Virus record (IMG/VR): IMGVR_UViG_3300018080_000098
Location: 1-64,000 of that record
Reading direction: 5' to 3' (one strand)
Length of the DNA stretch: 64,000 bases
The notes beneath the pieces are model-generated. The model did not search any database. It was not told where the DNA came from and saw only the letters and a list, made by a program, of their open reading frames with translations. How positions within the stretch are numbered: the first letter of the stretch is position 1; the number at the start of each line of letters is the position of its first letter. This document shows, in pieces, positions 46,026-54,409 of this stretch. Position numbers and translations under genes: made by a program.

Positions 46026-47468
46026 CTAGATAGCGTAATCCTCCGCCAACTTCAGCTTGGCACCGTTCACCACTCCACTAGGGTGTGCAGCAGAAGTTCC
46101 CGCTGCGTCCGTGATGCGCCGACTAGCAACTGCTTGGTACCAGTACTTGTCCCAGCTACTACGGCTGCGGAACTGAGCTACCACCAGCAGCTGCGCTTCC
46201 GGGTCCGCAGCACAGTGCTGAGTCACAATCTCCTGGGCCGCAGATTGGTTAGCCGCTTTGCACGCGCCCTTATCCAAATCACTTCGGTCTTTCCCACCAT
46301 GCTTCTCGTAGTGCTTCCACCAAAGCGCCTTCATCCCACTCTCCCCATCCTCCCCATAATCGATGTACTTCCCCAACGTCTCGTTCCACCACGTACCATA
46401 ATAGAGCTCGGGCCACTTGTACCCCTTCGGGTCGCTCTTCTCCCAATCCTCAATCCCCTTCCAGAAAGGCTTCCGACTCCCGCTCCACATAGTACCGTTC
46501 TGCACCACCGAATCACAGAACAGTAGCACTGCACGCTCCCAGTACTTCTTCATCGATGGATCGTCTTCCCAAGCGTCGAACGCACCAAACGCCCGCAACT
46601 CCTTCATCGCCAACTTCAGTAGCTTCTCCTCAAAATATCGCATCTGGGTCTTGATGCCCTCAGTCGAGCCAAACCAATCCTGGATCGTAGGATTCACCAC
46701 CTTCTTGTCCGCACCGTTGTACACGTTCACCAAATCACTACGCCCGGCCAACTTCAACATCGAAACAACAGACCCGTAGCTGTTGCACTGGAAAATGCCG
46801 TAGTTCGCTCCGGCTCCATCACCAATGTCGTTCTCGGCCATCCCGAAAGCATCCCGTCGATTCGACACCTCGTAGAAAGCGATGACACTCATGATACGCG
46901 TGTTCAGGTCCGGCACGAAACCCGCCGCGTGCGCTTGAGGTAGTAACACAGAAGCTGTGCCCTTCCCGATAACTCCGTCTACCGGTTCGAGGTTGTTCTT
47001 CTCCTGGAACGCTTTGACAGCTTCCGCAGACCCATTCCCAAACCACCCGTCGACCTCCCCATCGTAAGCGCCTACAGCTTTCAGAGCTCCCTGGTAGAGA
47101 AACACCTCGGGCCTCTTGGTCGTAGCTTTGATCGTTGCCTTGCTGTACCTCTGATACTCCATCGGTTCCTCTCCTGTTGGTGGTTTCGGTTGTTCTGGTT
47201 GCTCGGGCTCTTCAGGTTCCTCCTCGAGAGGGCGCAGGAGCTCGATTGCCTCCTCGTCGATCAAAGAGATGTGCCAGGTCGTGGTAATCGTGGCGTCGAA
47301 CCTGCCACCCACCTTCATCTCAACCACGAGGTTGTCCCCAGCTACTTCAGTTACTGCGAAAGTCTGGCCCTCCCCAATCGTAATTTTCACGTTCAGGTCG
47401 GTACCCATTGCGTCGAAGTCGAACGCACGCTTGATGCGTATGACGTCCCCTACTTGCCAATCGATCAT
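46026..47468 (-). CDS. Endolysin: SH3-like domain, PG-binding domain and lysozyme-superfamily (GH46-like) catalytic domain
   Basis: PG_binding_1 motif VDGWFGNGSAEAVKAFQEKNNL...VDGVIG; YEVS...NDIGDGAGANYGIFQ resembles GH46 DIGDGRGYTxGIIGF. Confidence 0.75.
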   Translation of the reverse strand: MIDWQVGDVIRIKRAFDFDAMGTDLNVKITIGEGQTFAVTEVAGDNLVVEMKVGGRFDATITTTWHISLIDEEAIELLRPLEEEPEEPEQPEQPKPPTGEEPMEYQRYSKATIKATTKRPEVFLYQGALKAVGAYDGEVDGWFGNGSAEAVKAFQEKNNLEPVDGVIGKGTASVLLPQAHAAGFVPDLNTRIMSVIAFYEVSNRRDAFGMAENDIGDGAGANYGIFQCNSYGSVVSMLKLAGRSDLVNVYNGADKKVVNPTIQDWFGSTEGIKTQMRYFEEKLLKLAMKELRAFGAFDAWEDDPSMKKYWERAVLLFCDSVVQNGTMWSGSRKPFWKGIEDWEKSDPKGYKWPELYYGTWWNETLGKYIDYGEDGESGMKALWWKHYEKHGGKDRSDLDKGACKAANQSAAQEIVTQHCAADPEAQLLVVAQFRSRSSWDKYWYQAVASRRITDAAGTSAAHPSGVVNGAKLKLAEDYAI

Positions 47469-47478
47469 CTTGTCTCCT

Positions 47479-47727
47479 TCACGGAACTCGTTTCAGACAT
47501 TTCTTCTGCACCCAACGACGCACCTCTACGTCGTCCGATGCAGCGAAGCACAGGTACGCTTCTTCCCCGTTCAGTTTTTCTATGGTTGCCTGAGCTCCCG
47601 CAGGAAGCGAGAGCTCCAAAGGTTGCTTGTGGTAGGATGCTACAGGGTGCTCGACTGACAACGTAGCCGTAATGCTAAGGTCGTAATCAAGCTCCACCAC
47701 ATCCCCACAACGGAAATGCTTGGGCAT
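47479..47727 (-). CDS. Small SH3-like protein resembling the lysin N-terminus
   Basis: FRCGDVVEL versus WQVGDVIRI. Confidence 0.55.
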   Translation of the reverse strand: MPKHFRCGDVVELDYDLSITATLSVEHPVASYHKQPLELSLPAGAQATIEKLNGEEAYLCFAASDDVEVRRWVQKKCLKRVP

Positions 47728-47804
47728 TGGTGTTAATCCTCCAAGTAGAGGATTAACTATTTACTTTGGAAATTAGAGAAAGGGATGGATAGCTGAAGGA
47801 GGAA

Positions 47805-49502
47805 TTACTTGCCCGGCTTCATGCTCATCTTGTAGAGCTTGTTCCCACGGTAGAAGTGCAGCTGCCCCTTCACGCGGGCCAGCATCATGTCACCACCCAG
47901 CACCGGGTCTTCCAGATAGCTCAGCTTCCGAGAACGATGGTCCGCTTTGAACATCTCGAGCTTCTCATCCTCGTTCAGACAAACAGCCACACCCGAATCG
48001 AGCACCACGAAGTTCAGTCCAGCTGGTGTAATATTTTCGACCACGCGTACGTCGTACTCCGCGTCCTCGAAACGGAACACCAACCGGTCGTACTGCCCCT
48101 GCTTCTCACCCACCACCATCAAAACACCGCGGTCGTACCTGGCGTCCACAATCCGGTAGCCCTTGAGCTCATCAGGTAGCAACTGTACTGTGATACCACT
48201 CCTCGGAAACACCGACACCACCATCGTATCCAGCATATCCTGGATCACTACCCCCGGAAACATCTGCGTAGAATTCTCCATCACAGTACACGCCAACCGC
48301 GTCGTCGCTACCAAATCCGCGCCCATGTCGGCCAACACCAACTCATACACACTGTCCCGTACCCGCATGTACACACGTCCATCGTAGGCCATCAGGTCCG
48401 ACGCCTCCAAAGAAAACGCCACGCCCCGACGGTCCGTGAGGTTGTACAGCTTCACACCCCGACTCGTCTTCTCCACCGATACCGCTTTGTTACGTGCAGG
48501 ACTGTACGCTACCGCGTCCACCGACATCCCAGCTTCCGGAATCGAGTGGCCGTTCAGCCACACCAGGTCGTCCGTCACCACCGTCACATGCTGCCCGAAA
48601 CCCCACACACTCCGCACTACGCACTTCTCACCCCCGTACGACCCCACCTCCACAATGTCCAGCAAGTCCGTGCCCACAATCTCCCGCAGGTCCGGAACCA
48701 GCACCATCACCATGCCCGGAGCAACCGGAGGAGCCGCCCGCTTCCCATCCTCGAATACCGCCCGATACCAATCACGATACTCACTCGGAATCACCGTCAC
48801 AGGGTACGCCGCCTTCGGCACACGCACACTCGAGCTAAACACTGACACGTTCGCCTTCATGCGCGCGTCCAGTCCCTTCAGCTGCTTGTGCTTCCCCTTG
48901 AACGGATGAATACCACAGAACATCTGGAAGCTCACCACCCCAAACGCGAACCAGTCCGTCAGCTCCGTGAACGCCAACGGCCCCTTCATGTGCCTGTCGC
49001 GCACACTCTCCATCAACGCCGTTGCTGGGAACGATTTCGTTTGGTAGGAGTCCACATCAATAAAACGAATTTCCTCGAAGCTCTTACTCACCAGGAAATT
49101 CATTTCGTTCAGGTCGACGATCAAAATTTTCGCCTGGTGAACGTGCCCCACACCTTCCTGCAGCTCCCGAACCAGGTGGGTAATCTGAGCCAGGTCCAGC
49201 CCCTCCCGCTCCCTAAACGCTCGAGGGAACAGCTGGCACAAGGCGTACCCACCTCGCACCAACGCCATCGTGTAGCCCACTGGGGTTCCCTTCGCGTTCG
49301 TGATCACTTCTAGCGGCTTCACCACCCGCTTGTCCGTCAACGCGCTCAGCTCCTGGATTTTCGCCACCGGTATCATCTTCTTCCGGTCCGCGTAAATCTT
49401 GTATGCTGTGCTCCCTCGCGCGTACACCGCACCCTCTCCACCCTGGCCGAGGTAGTGCCGCTTGTCGAGGCGTACCGCTTGTCCGTTGACGTAGATTTGC
49501 AT
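47805..49502 (-). CDS. Ser/Thr protein kinase (TerY-P triad kinase) with a beta-rich C-terminal domain
   Basis: LGQGGEGAVY, AYKIY, VDLNEMN, FIDVDS, TDWFAFGV...GIHPF. Confidence 0.9.
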   Translation of the reverse strand: MQIYVNGQAVRLDKRHYLGQGGEGAVYARGSTAYKIYADRKKMIPVAKIQELSALTDKRVVKPLEVITNAKGTPVGYTMALVRGGYALCQLFPRAFREREGLDLAQITHLVRELQEGVGHVHQAKILIVDLNEMNFLVSKSFEEIRFIDVDSYQTKSFPATALMESVRDRHMKGPLAFTELTDWFAFGVVSFQMFCGIHPFKGKHKQLKGLDARMKANVSVFSSSVRVPKAAYPVTVIPSEYRDWYRAVFEDGKRAAPPVAPGMVMVLVPDLREIVGTDLLDIVEVGSYGGEKCVVRSVWGFGQHVTVVTDDLVWLNGHSIPEAGMSVDAVAYSPARNKAVSVEKTSRGVKLYNLTDRRGVAFSLEASDLMAYDGRVYMRVRDSVYELVLADMGADLVATTRLACTVMENSTQMFPGVVIQDMLDTMVVSVFPRSGITVQLLPDELKGYRIVDARYDRGVLMVVGEKQGQYDRLVFRFEDAEYDVRVVENITPAGLNFVVLDSGVAVCLNEDEKLEMFKADHRSRKLSYLEDPVLGGDMMLARVKGQLHFYRGNKLYKMSMKPGK

Positions 49503-49751
49503 CTACTCTTTCCAATATTTGGAAAACGCTGGTGCTGTTCCAGTTAACCGGTCCTCTGCAGCCATCTGTCGATAAGGAGCGCCCTCCCTGCTCATGGTGC
49601 CGCAGCCTTCCGGAAGTTTGTCCACGTACGTGTGTACCGTGAAGCCGGGAACTGCTTCGTGCTCCCCTACCACTAGCCACCTTCCTCGAGGCTTGTTCAC
49701 CCGGAAAATCTCCAGCTTGAAACCCTCATGGTTATACACGTAAGCTGCCAT
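49503..49751 (-). CDS. Hypothetical protein
   Basis: AGGAG RBS. Confidence 0.55.
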   Translation of the reverse strand: MAAYVYNHEGFKLEIFRVNKPRGRWLVVGEHEAVPGFTVHTYVDKLPEGCGTMSREGAPYRQMAAEDRLTGTAPAFSKYWKE

Positions 49752-49762
49752 TCTTTTTCTCC

Positions 49763-49960
49763 TTAGTCGTACACCTCGAAAGAGACGCGCATCCCACATT
49801 TGCTACACGTCCACTCTACCCACGAGCCTCCCCACTCATCGTGCTCCTTCTGAGACTCCGGTGGGTAATCATGGTCACATTCCTCGTCTCCTCCACGTGT
49901 TTTGCAAGTATGAGGACAGCAGTATACAGGCAATTTAATTTTTCGGTTTTCAGTTGGCAT
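49763..49960 (-). CDS. Small Cys/His zinc-binding protein
   Basis: CPHTC...CDHDY...CSKCG. Confidence 0.6.
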   Translation of the reverse strand: MPTENRKIKLPVYCCPHTCKTRGGDEECDHDYPPESQKEHDEWGGSWVEWTCSKCGMRVSFEVYD

Positions 49961-50815
49961 TCATTCTCCTACGTACACCGCCCCCATACTAAAATCGTCG
50001 TAATTCGACCACCCGTTCTTCTTGCAGAACTTTCCCAGAAACCGCTTGCACCGTCGGGTGACGAACTCCCCCTTCACCGTCTTGAACTTCAGTAGCTGCT
50101 GCAACACCGCCTGCAAAGGCACCGTCTCCAAAACCCCGTCCTGCTTTCTTTGGAAAGACAGCACACCATCCGACATCACGGTGACCAGGTCGAACGTTCT
50201 CCTGTCGAAACACTTGACCCACCAGAAATCGTCCGGATGCTTGGTCACCTTGTCAGTGAACCTGTGCTCTGGAATCTCCTCCCACTCCGTCAGGTCCGCG
50301 TTAGCCTCGTACCCCCGCTCTGTTCGTAAACCACACTCTCCGAGCTCCGCTCCGCTACTCAACGAACCACTCGTGTACGCTTCCATGCGAAGCTGGTTTA
50401 TCTGGTAGCTTAGGTAAGCTGGAGCGTTATTGTTAAACTCCAGCTCTGTCACAAGAACACTGCCGTCTCTACGCCTCGCCGCAATGACCCCATCCCCACA
50501 AGCGAATACGTAAATCAACTTTGGTGTAGTGTGTACGAAAAGAATGGTGGAGTCCAGGCACTCCACTTGAGGACCCGCGCCCAGAAACCGACAGGCCATC
50601 GGCAAAACGCCGCGGAAGAAAAACCGGTTGTCGGAAGACCGCAAGCACTGCTCCGCGCCGAAGCACAGAAACCGAGCCCCCAAATCTGTGTGCGGAGAGG
50701 ACGAGCATCCATCAGCCACCGCTGCGAAGAAACTCCCATCGACCTCCCCGGCCAACGCGTAGTCCTGGCAAACCTTGTGACTGCTGCCGATGGAAAAATA
50801 GAAATCGGAGTACAC
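49961..50815 (-). CDS. PP2C-family phosphatase (TerY-P triad)
   Basis: CQDYA, VADGCSS, CGDGV, MSDGV, DDFS. Confidence 0.9.
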   Translation of the reverse strand: MYSDFYFSIGSSHKVCQDYALAGEVDGSFFAAVADGCSSSPHTDLGARFLCFGAEQCLRSSDNRFFFRGVLPMACRFLGAGPQVECLDSTILFVHTTPKLIYVFACGDGVIAARRRDGSVLVTELEFNNNAPAYLSYQINQLRMEAYTSGSLSSGAELGECGLRTERGYEANADLTEWEEIPEHRFTDKVTKHPDDFWWVKCFDRRTFDLVTVMSDGVLSFQRKQDGVLETVPLQAVLQQLLKFKTVKGEFVTRRCKRFLGKFCKKNGWSNYDDFSMGAVYVGE

Positions 50816-50839
50816 GGGCGCCTCCCAGACTACGCTGCC

Positions 50840-51070
50840 TTACGCTGCTGTGTAGTAGGTTTGAATTGTTTTCGGTCCGCTACTTTTACGCTTACTTTTC
50901 AGATAAGCGACGCACCAAGCTTCTACCGAGTCTACTTTGGCGACAACAGAATGAACCGCGGTGCCGTTTTCATAGACGTCACAATGCTCGCAGTGCCATG
51001 CTAGAGCAGTTGCTGCTGAGAAAAGTGGCAGCAATTCCCTTCCACAACGTGAGCAAACACCTTCCTGCAT
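50840..51070 (-). CDS. Small zinc-ribbon protein
   Basis: CSRC...CEHC; GGAGG RBS. Confidence 0.55.
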   Translation of the reverse strand: MQEGVCSRCGRELLPLFSAATALAWHCEHCDVYENGTAVHSVVAKVDSVEAWCVAYLKSKRKSSGPKTIQTYYTAA

Positions 51071-51109
51071 AATACCTCCATCTACTAGAGGACGCTTAGC
51101 CCACGAACT

Positions 51110-51859
51110 CTAGAAGGCCAATGATTTACTTGGACCTCCCGTGCCGAGTGCCTGCGACTGCGAGCTGATGCTTTGCGAAATAAAGCCACCCAGCTTCGCC
51201 AGCTGCTTCTCTGTGGCATCCGCAATCTCCACGTACTGCGTGAACCCCGCTTCGTCGGTGAACTCCTTCAGGTAGTTCCCCAGCTGGTCCGCGAGCGTGT
51301 TCACACCAACGAGCACCGAAACGATGGATTCCATCGATTCCGTTTTCACTGCTTCCCGCATGGCGTCCTTCACCATCCCCCGCGTCAGCTTGGACTTGTT
51401 GTCCATTCCGTCGGTCACGCACACCAGAATGGCGTTGACGTCGAAATCGTTTTCAGCGAGATCACGGCTGTACTGCGTCATCGACTGCACACCGTTGTAA
51501 ACGGCATCATAAAGCGCAGTGAGTCCCGCAGGCTGGATGCACCCGTCGTAGTCGTCCTCGTTGCACTCCGACAGCGGCTTGAAGCCGTGGTACTCGTCGA
51601 CGCTCGAGTTGAAGGTAATCACCCGGAGCATCAGGTTGTCCGCCCGAGGACTGCGCCGACAAGCCCTCGCCACCTCCTTCACCACCTTCTCCATGTCGTC
51701 CGCGAAGTCGGTGATGGAAGGGCTGCAATCGATCACCAGCAGCGCCAGCGTATACTCGCTCGCCCCCAGCTCGTCGATGCGCTTCGCAGAAAATTGGAAG
51801 TTGGACGTGCCCACCTGGTGGGTCTCCATCGTCGGATCGTTGTTGTCAAATCGCGGCAT
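51110..51859 (-). CDS. terY: von Willebrand factor A domain protein (TerY-like)
   Basis: MIDAS motif IDCSPSI, TALYDAV, VTDG. Confidence 0.85.
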   Translation of the reverse strand: MPRFDNNDPTMETHQVGTSNFQFSAKRIDELGASEYTLALLVIDCSPSITDFADDMEKVVKEVARACRRSPRADNLMLRVITFNSSVDEYHGFKPLSECNEDDYDGCIQPAGLTALYDAVYNGVQSMTQYSRDLAENDFDVNAILVCVTDGMDNKSKLTRGMVKDAMREAVKTESMESIVSVLVGVNTLADQLGNYLKEFTDEAGFTQYVEIADATEKQLAKLGGFISQSISSQSQALGTGGPSKSLAF

Positions 51860-51901
51860 AATGTACCTCCTCGTAATATTGCACGTTCCAGTAGGGAACG
51901 C

Positions 51902-52708
51902 TTACTTCAGAAAATCGACCGTCGTGGTGAGCTTCATGCCCTTGGCGGTAAGCTCCTTGACGAAATCCTCGCCCAGGTTCTCGAACCCCGGCACACTCGA
52001 AGAAGCGTCCGTCAGCAGGTGCACCTTCTCCACGTACTTCGGATCGCTGAACGCATCCGCCGTGTCCCGCATGGTATTGGCCACGCAGTGCGACAGCGCC
52101 TCGCCCGCCAGCAGGATGATGTCTGCATCTTCCAGTGTCTGCACGAAGCGGGCGTTCAGCTGCGTGGTGGGATCCTCGGGGTCGGGAACCTCTGCCTTCA
52201 CCGCGCTGAAGTGCTCGGTGTAAACGTTGCTCCCCTTCGTCACGAAGTCCACCGTGGCGAAGCTTCCTTCCCACACCTGAAGCGCCTCGAACATGGTGGG
52301 GTAGATGCTGTAGCCCCAACTGCCGATGAGGCAGTGCGGGGGCCAGATGCAGTGCGGGTAGCGGTTTCGGGACTCGAGCTCCTCCAGGTACTTGAGGGTG
52401 CGGTCGTACAGGCTGGGAAGCTTGGTGGTCCACTTTCCTGCTTTGACGTCAGCTGCGGTGATGATGGTGAAGGGGTCGGGCTTGGCACCCGAAGAGTCAC
52501 GCCACCAAATGGGGTGAGCGATGTCCACCAAACGGTGGCTGTCGAGCGTAACGTGGATGTCGTCGAGCTTGTCGGGAATCCGCTTGATCATGGCTGCGAG
52601 ACGCTCCATGTCCTTGTCGGCTCCCGGAGTGTAGAGTGACCCGTTGGGATCACAAAAGTCGTTCTGCGGGTCGATGATGACCAAATGAATGGAGACTGGC
52701 TTGCTCAT
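51902..52708 (-). CDS. pncA: Nicotinamidase/isochorismatase-family cysteine hydrolase
   Basis: IIDPQNDF, DSH, WPPHC, TKGS, GEALSHCV (Asp-Lys-Cys triad). Confidence 0.85.
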   Translation of the reverse strand: MSKPVSIHLVIIDPQNDFCDPNGSLYTPGADKDMERLAAMIKRIPDKLDDIHVTLDSHRLVDIAHPIWWRDSSGAKPDPFTIITAADVKAGKWTTKLPSLYDRTLKYLEELESRNRYPHCIWPPHCLIGSWGYSIYPTMFEALQVWEGSFATVDFVTKGSNVYTEHFSAVKAEVPDPEDPTTQLNARFVQTLEDADIILLAGEALSHCVANTMRDTADAFSDPKYVEKVHLLTDASSSVPGFENLGEDFVKELTAKGMKLTTTVDFLK

Positions 52709-52827
52709 GGTGATTTTCCTTTCGTAATCGGGCCGTAATACTTCGCAGCATTTTTCCATGCTGCAAGCTTTTTTCACGCAGTTAACTCGTACCTTTTCTG
52801 CGTTACGTTGTCAAGAAAAAATTCTGA

Positions 52828-53547
52828 TTACTGCTGTATCTCCCTGTCAAGATACAGTTTAGGGAGCATCATTTCTGGAGCCCAAGTTGCTTGTAGTTTT
52901 TCTGGGTCGTCCTCTGTCTGATATTTTCCTTGCTTCGTGTACTTCTTTTCGACAGGAGCCGTTCGACTAAACTCGATCTGAGCGATCCTTCTACCTACAA
53001 CCAACGGCAGTGTATAGTAGCGGCTGTTGTTCGTGATCTCCATCGTCCAGCGAGTGCAATAACCAATGTCGCCCATACCGGCACAGCGGCACATCTCAAG
53101 GAAGTTTCGTCCTATACTCGAGCGTGCAAACATCTTCGTGGTAATATTATTGGAGCAGCCACCGATGAACTCGATCGTGTGCCCAAGGATACTTTCACCA
53201 GGAGCTATCAGCACCACTTTATCAGTAGGACTTATCCCGCTCAGTTGCTGTAGCTGCTTAGCGGTAAACGGCGTGCTAGCGAGCACTGCTTCGTCCTTCT
53301 GAAAAAGGTACTCAACATCCCGTGCATCGTAGGGATTGTAGAGGTCGGATACTTCAACGTGATCAGACTGGCTACGTACTATGCGAAGACGGTCTAGTCT
53401 TTTGCTGGGAGCAACTTCACGCCACACATGTGGGCCGAACGTAACGTCGTAGCTGTTCGGTCCCACGTTTTCTTCATCGAAAGGGCTGATTAAAATGTTT
53501 CCCGCTTCGAGCTCAGCCAGTATTTCAGGTCTGCTCAGTAGACTCAT
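52828..53547 (-). CDS. dcd: dCTP deaminase
   Basis: GPNSYDV, FARSSIGR, GDIGY, WTMEITN, RIAQIEF, Y...GKYQ. Confidence 0.9.
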   Translation of the reverse strand: MSLLSRPEILAELEAGNILISPFDEENVGPNSYDVTFGPHVWREVAPSKRLDRLRIVRSQSDHVEVSDLYNPYDARDVEYLFQKDEAVLASTPFTAKQLQQLSGISPTDKVVLIAPGESILGHTIEFIGGCSNNITTKMFARSSIGRNFLEMCRCAGMGDIGYCTRWTMEITNNSRYYTLPLVVGRRIAQIEFSRTAPVEKKYTKQGKYQTEDDPEKLQATWAPEMMLPKLYLDREIQQ

Positions 53548-54409
53548 CTGTCGCTTCCTTTTGTGCTTTGGGGTTCAGCCACAAGCATTCAGTGCGTCCT
53601 TGCGTTACCTTGATTACTCCGTCGCCCTGTAGCTGGGTATGCTTTGTTCTCGCTGCTGCGTTGCAGGACCGGTCGAAGCTCACCAGTTGCCACCCGTCCT
53701 TCTTGAGCTCCTTGTACGTATCGTTCGGGTATCCCGACAGCACCACCATCCCCTGCAGCTTCCTAGCCGCCTCCACCATCTCCTCCTGCTCTTCCTTCGT
53801 CATTTCGAAGTAGTACCAGCCATCCCGACGTGTCTCCCGAGGATAAGGAGGGTCCAGATAGAACAATGTGTCCTCACCGTCGTACGCAGAGAACATCTCC
53901 TTGTAGTCGACGTTGTGAATCAACACCCTCTTCATCCTCTCCGCCACCCGCGGCAACATCTTGATCGCCCCGACGTACGCATTAATAGGCTGAGCCATCC
54001 CACGCACGCTCGTGTTCGTTACCAGCCCCCACGAGGACCTATCGATCATCCCACCCAACGACTGCCGACAATCCACGAAGAACATCCGAGCTCGCTCCAC
54101 ATCATCCTTCGCATCGTGCCAGTGGTCTTTACTGTGCAACCGCTCCTCACGGCTGTACGGCGTCAGCATCAGCTGCTCTATGAGCAACTCCCGCTGAGCG
54201 TCGTCCACTATCACCTCGAACAGTGTTGTAATGCGAGGGTCGATGTCGTTGAACACCTCGACCTCACTGTGCTCCTTCACCAGCAGCACGCTGCCACCGC
54301 CTCCGAAAGGTTCCACGTACACGCGGTGCTTGGGGAAGTAGGGGAGGATCCGCTTTCGCAGGACACCCTTTCCGCCGATGATTTTAATAGGGGACCGAAG
54401 AACTGCCAT
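53525..54409 (-). CDS. D12-class N6-adenine DNA methyltransferase (Dam-like)
   Basis: YVEPFGGGGSV, FNDID, YLDPPY. Confidence 0.9.
   Translation of the reverse strand: MAVLRSPIKIIGGKGVLRKRILPYFPKHRVYVEPFGGGGSVLLVKEHSEVEVFNDIDPRITTLFEVIVDDAQRELLIEQLMLTPYSREERLHSKDHWHDAKDDVERARMFFVDCRQSLGGMIDRSSWGLVTNTSVRGMAQPINAYVGAIKMLPRVAERMKRVLIHNVDYKEMFSAYDGEDTLFYLDPPYPRETRRDGWYYFEMTKEEQEEMVEAARKLQGMVVLSGYPNDTYKELKKDGWQLVSFDRSCNAAARTKHTQLQGDGVIKVTQGRTECLWLNPKAQKEATDESTEQT

Noticed and set aside
47805-47850. Kinase N-terminus MQIYVNGQAVRL (at 49502) as a third copy of the LPxYIRVxG tag
   Set aside because: The similarity is weak (no LP, no LY) and the segment fits the normal first beta-strands of a kinase.
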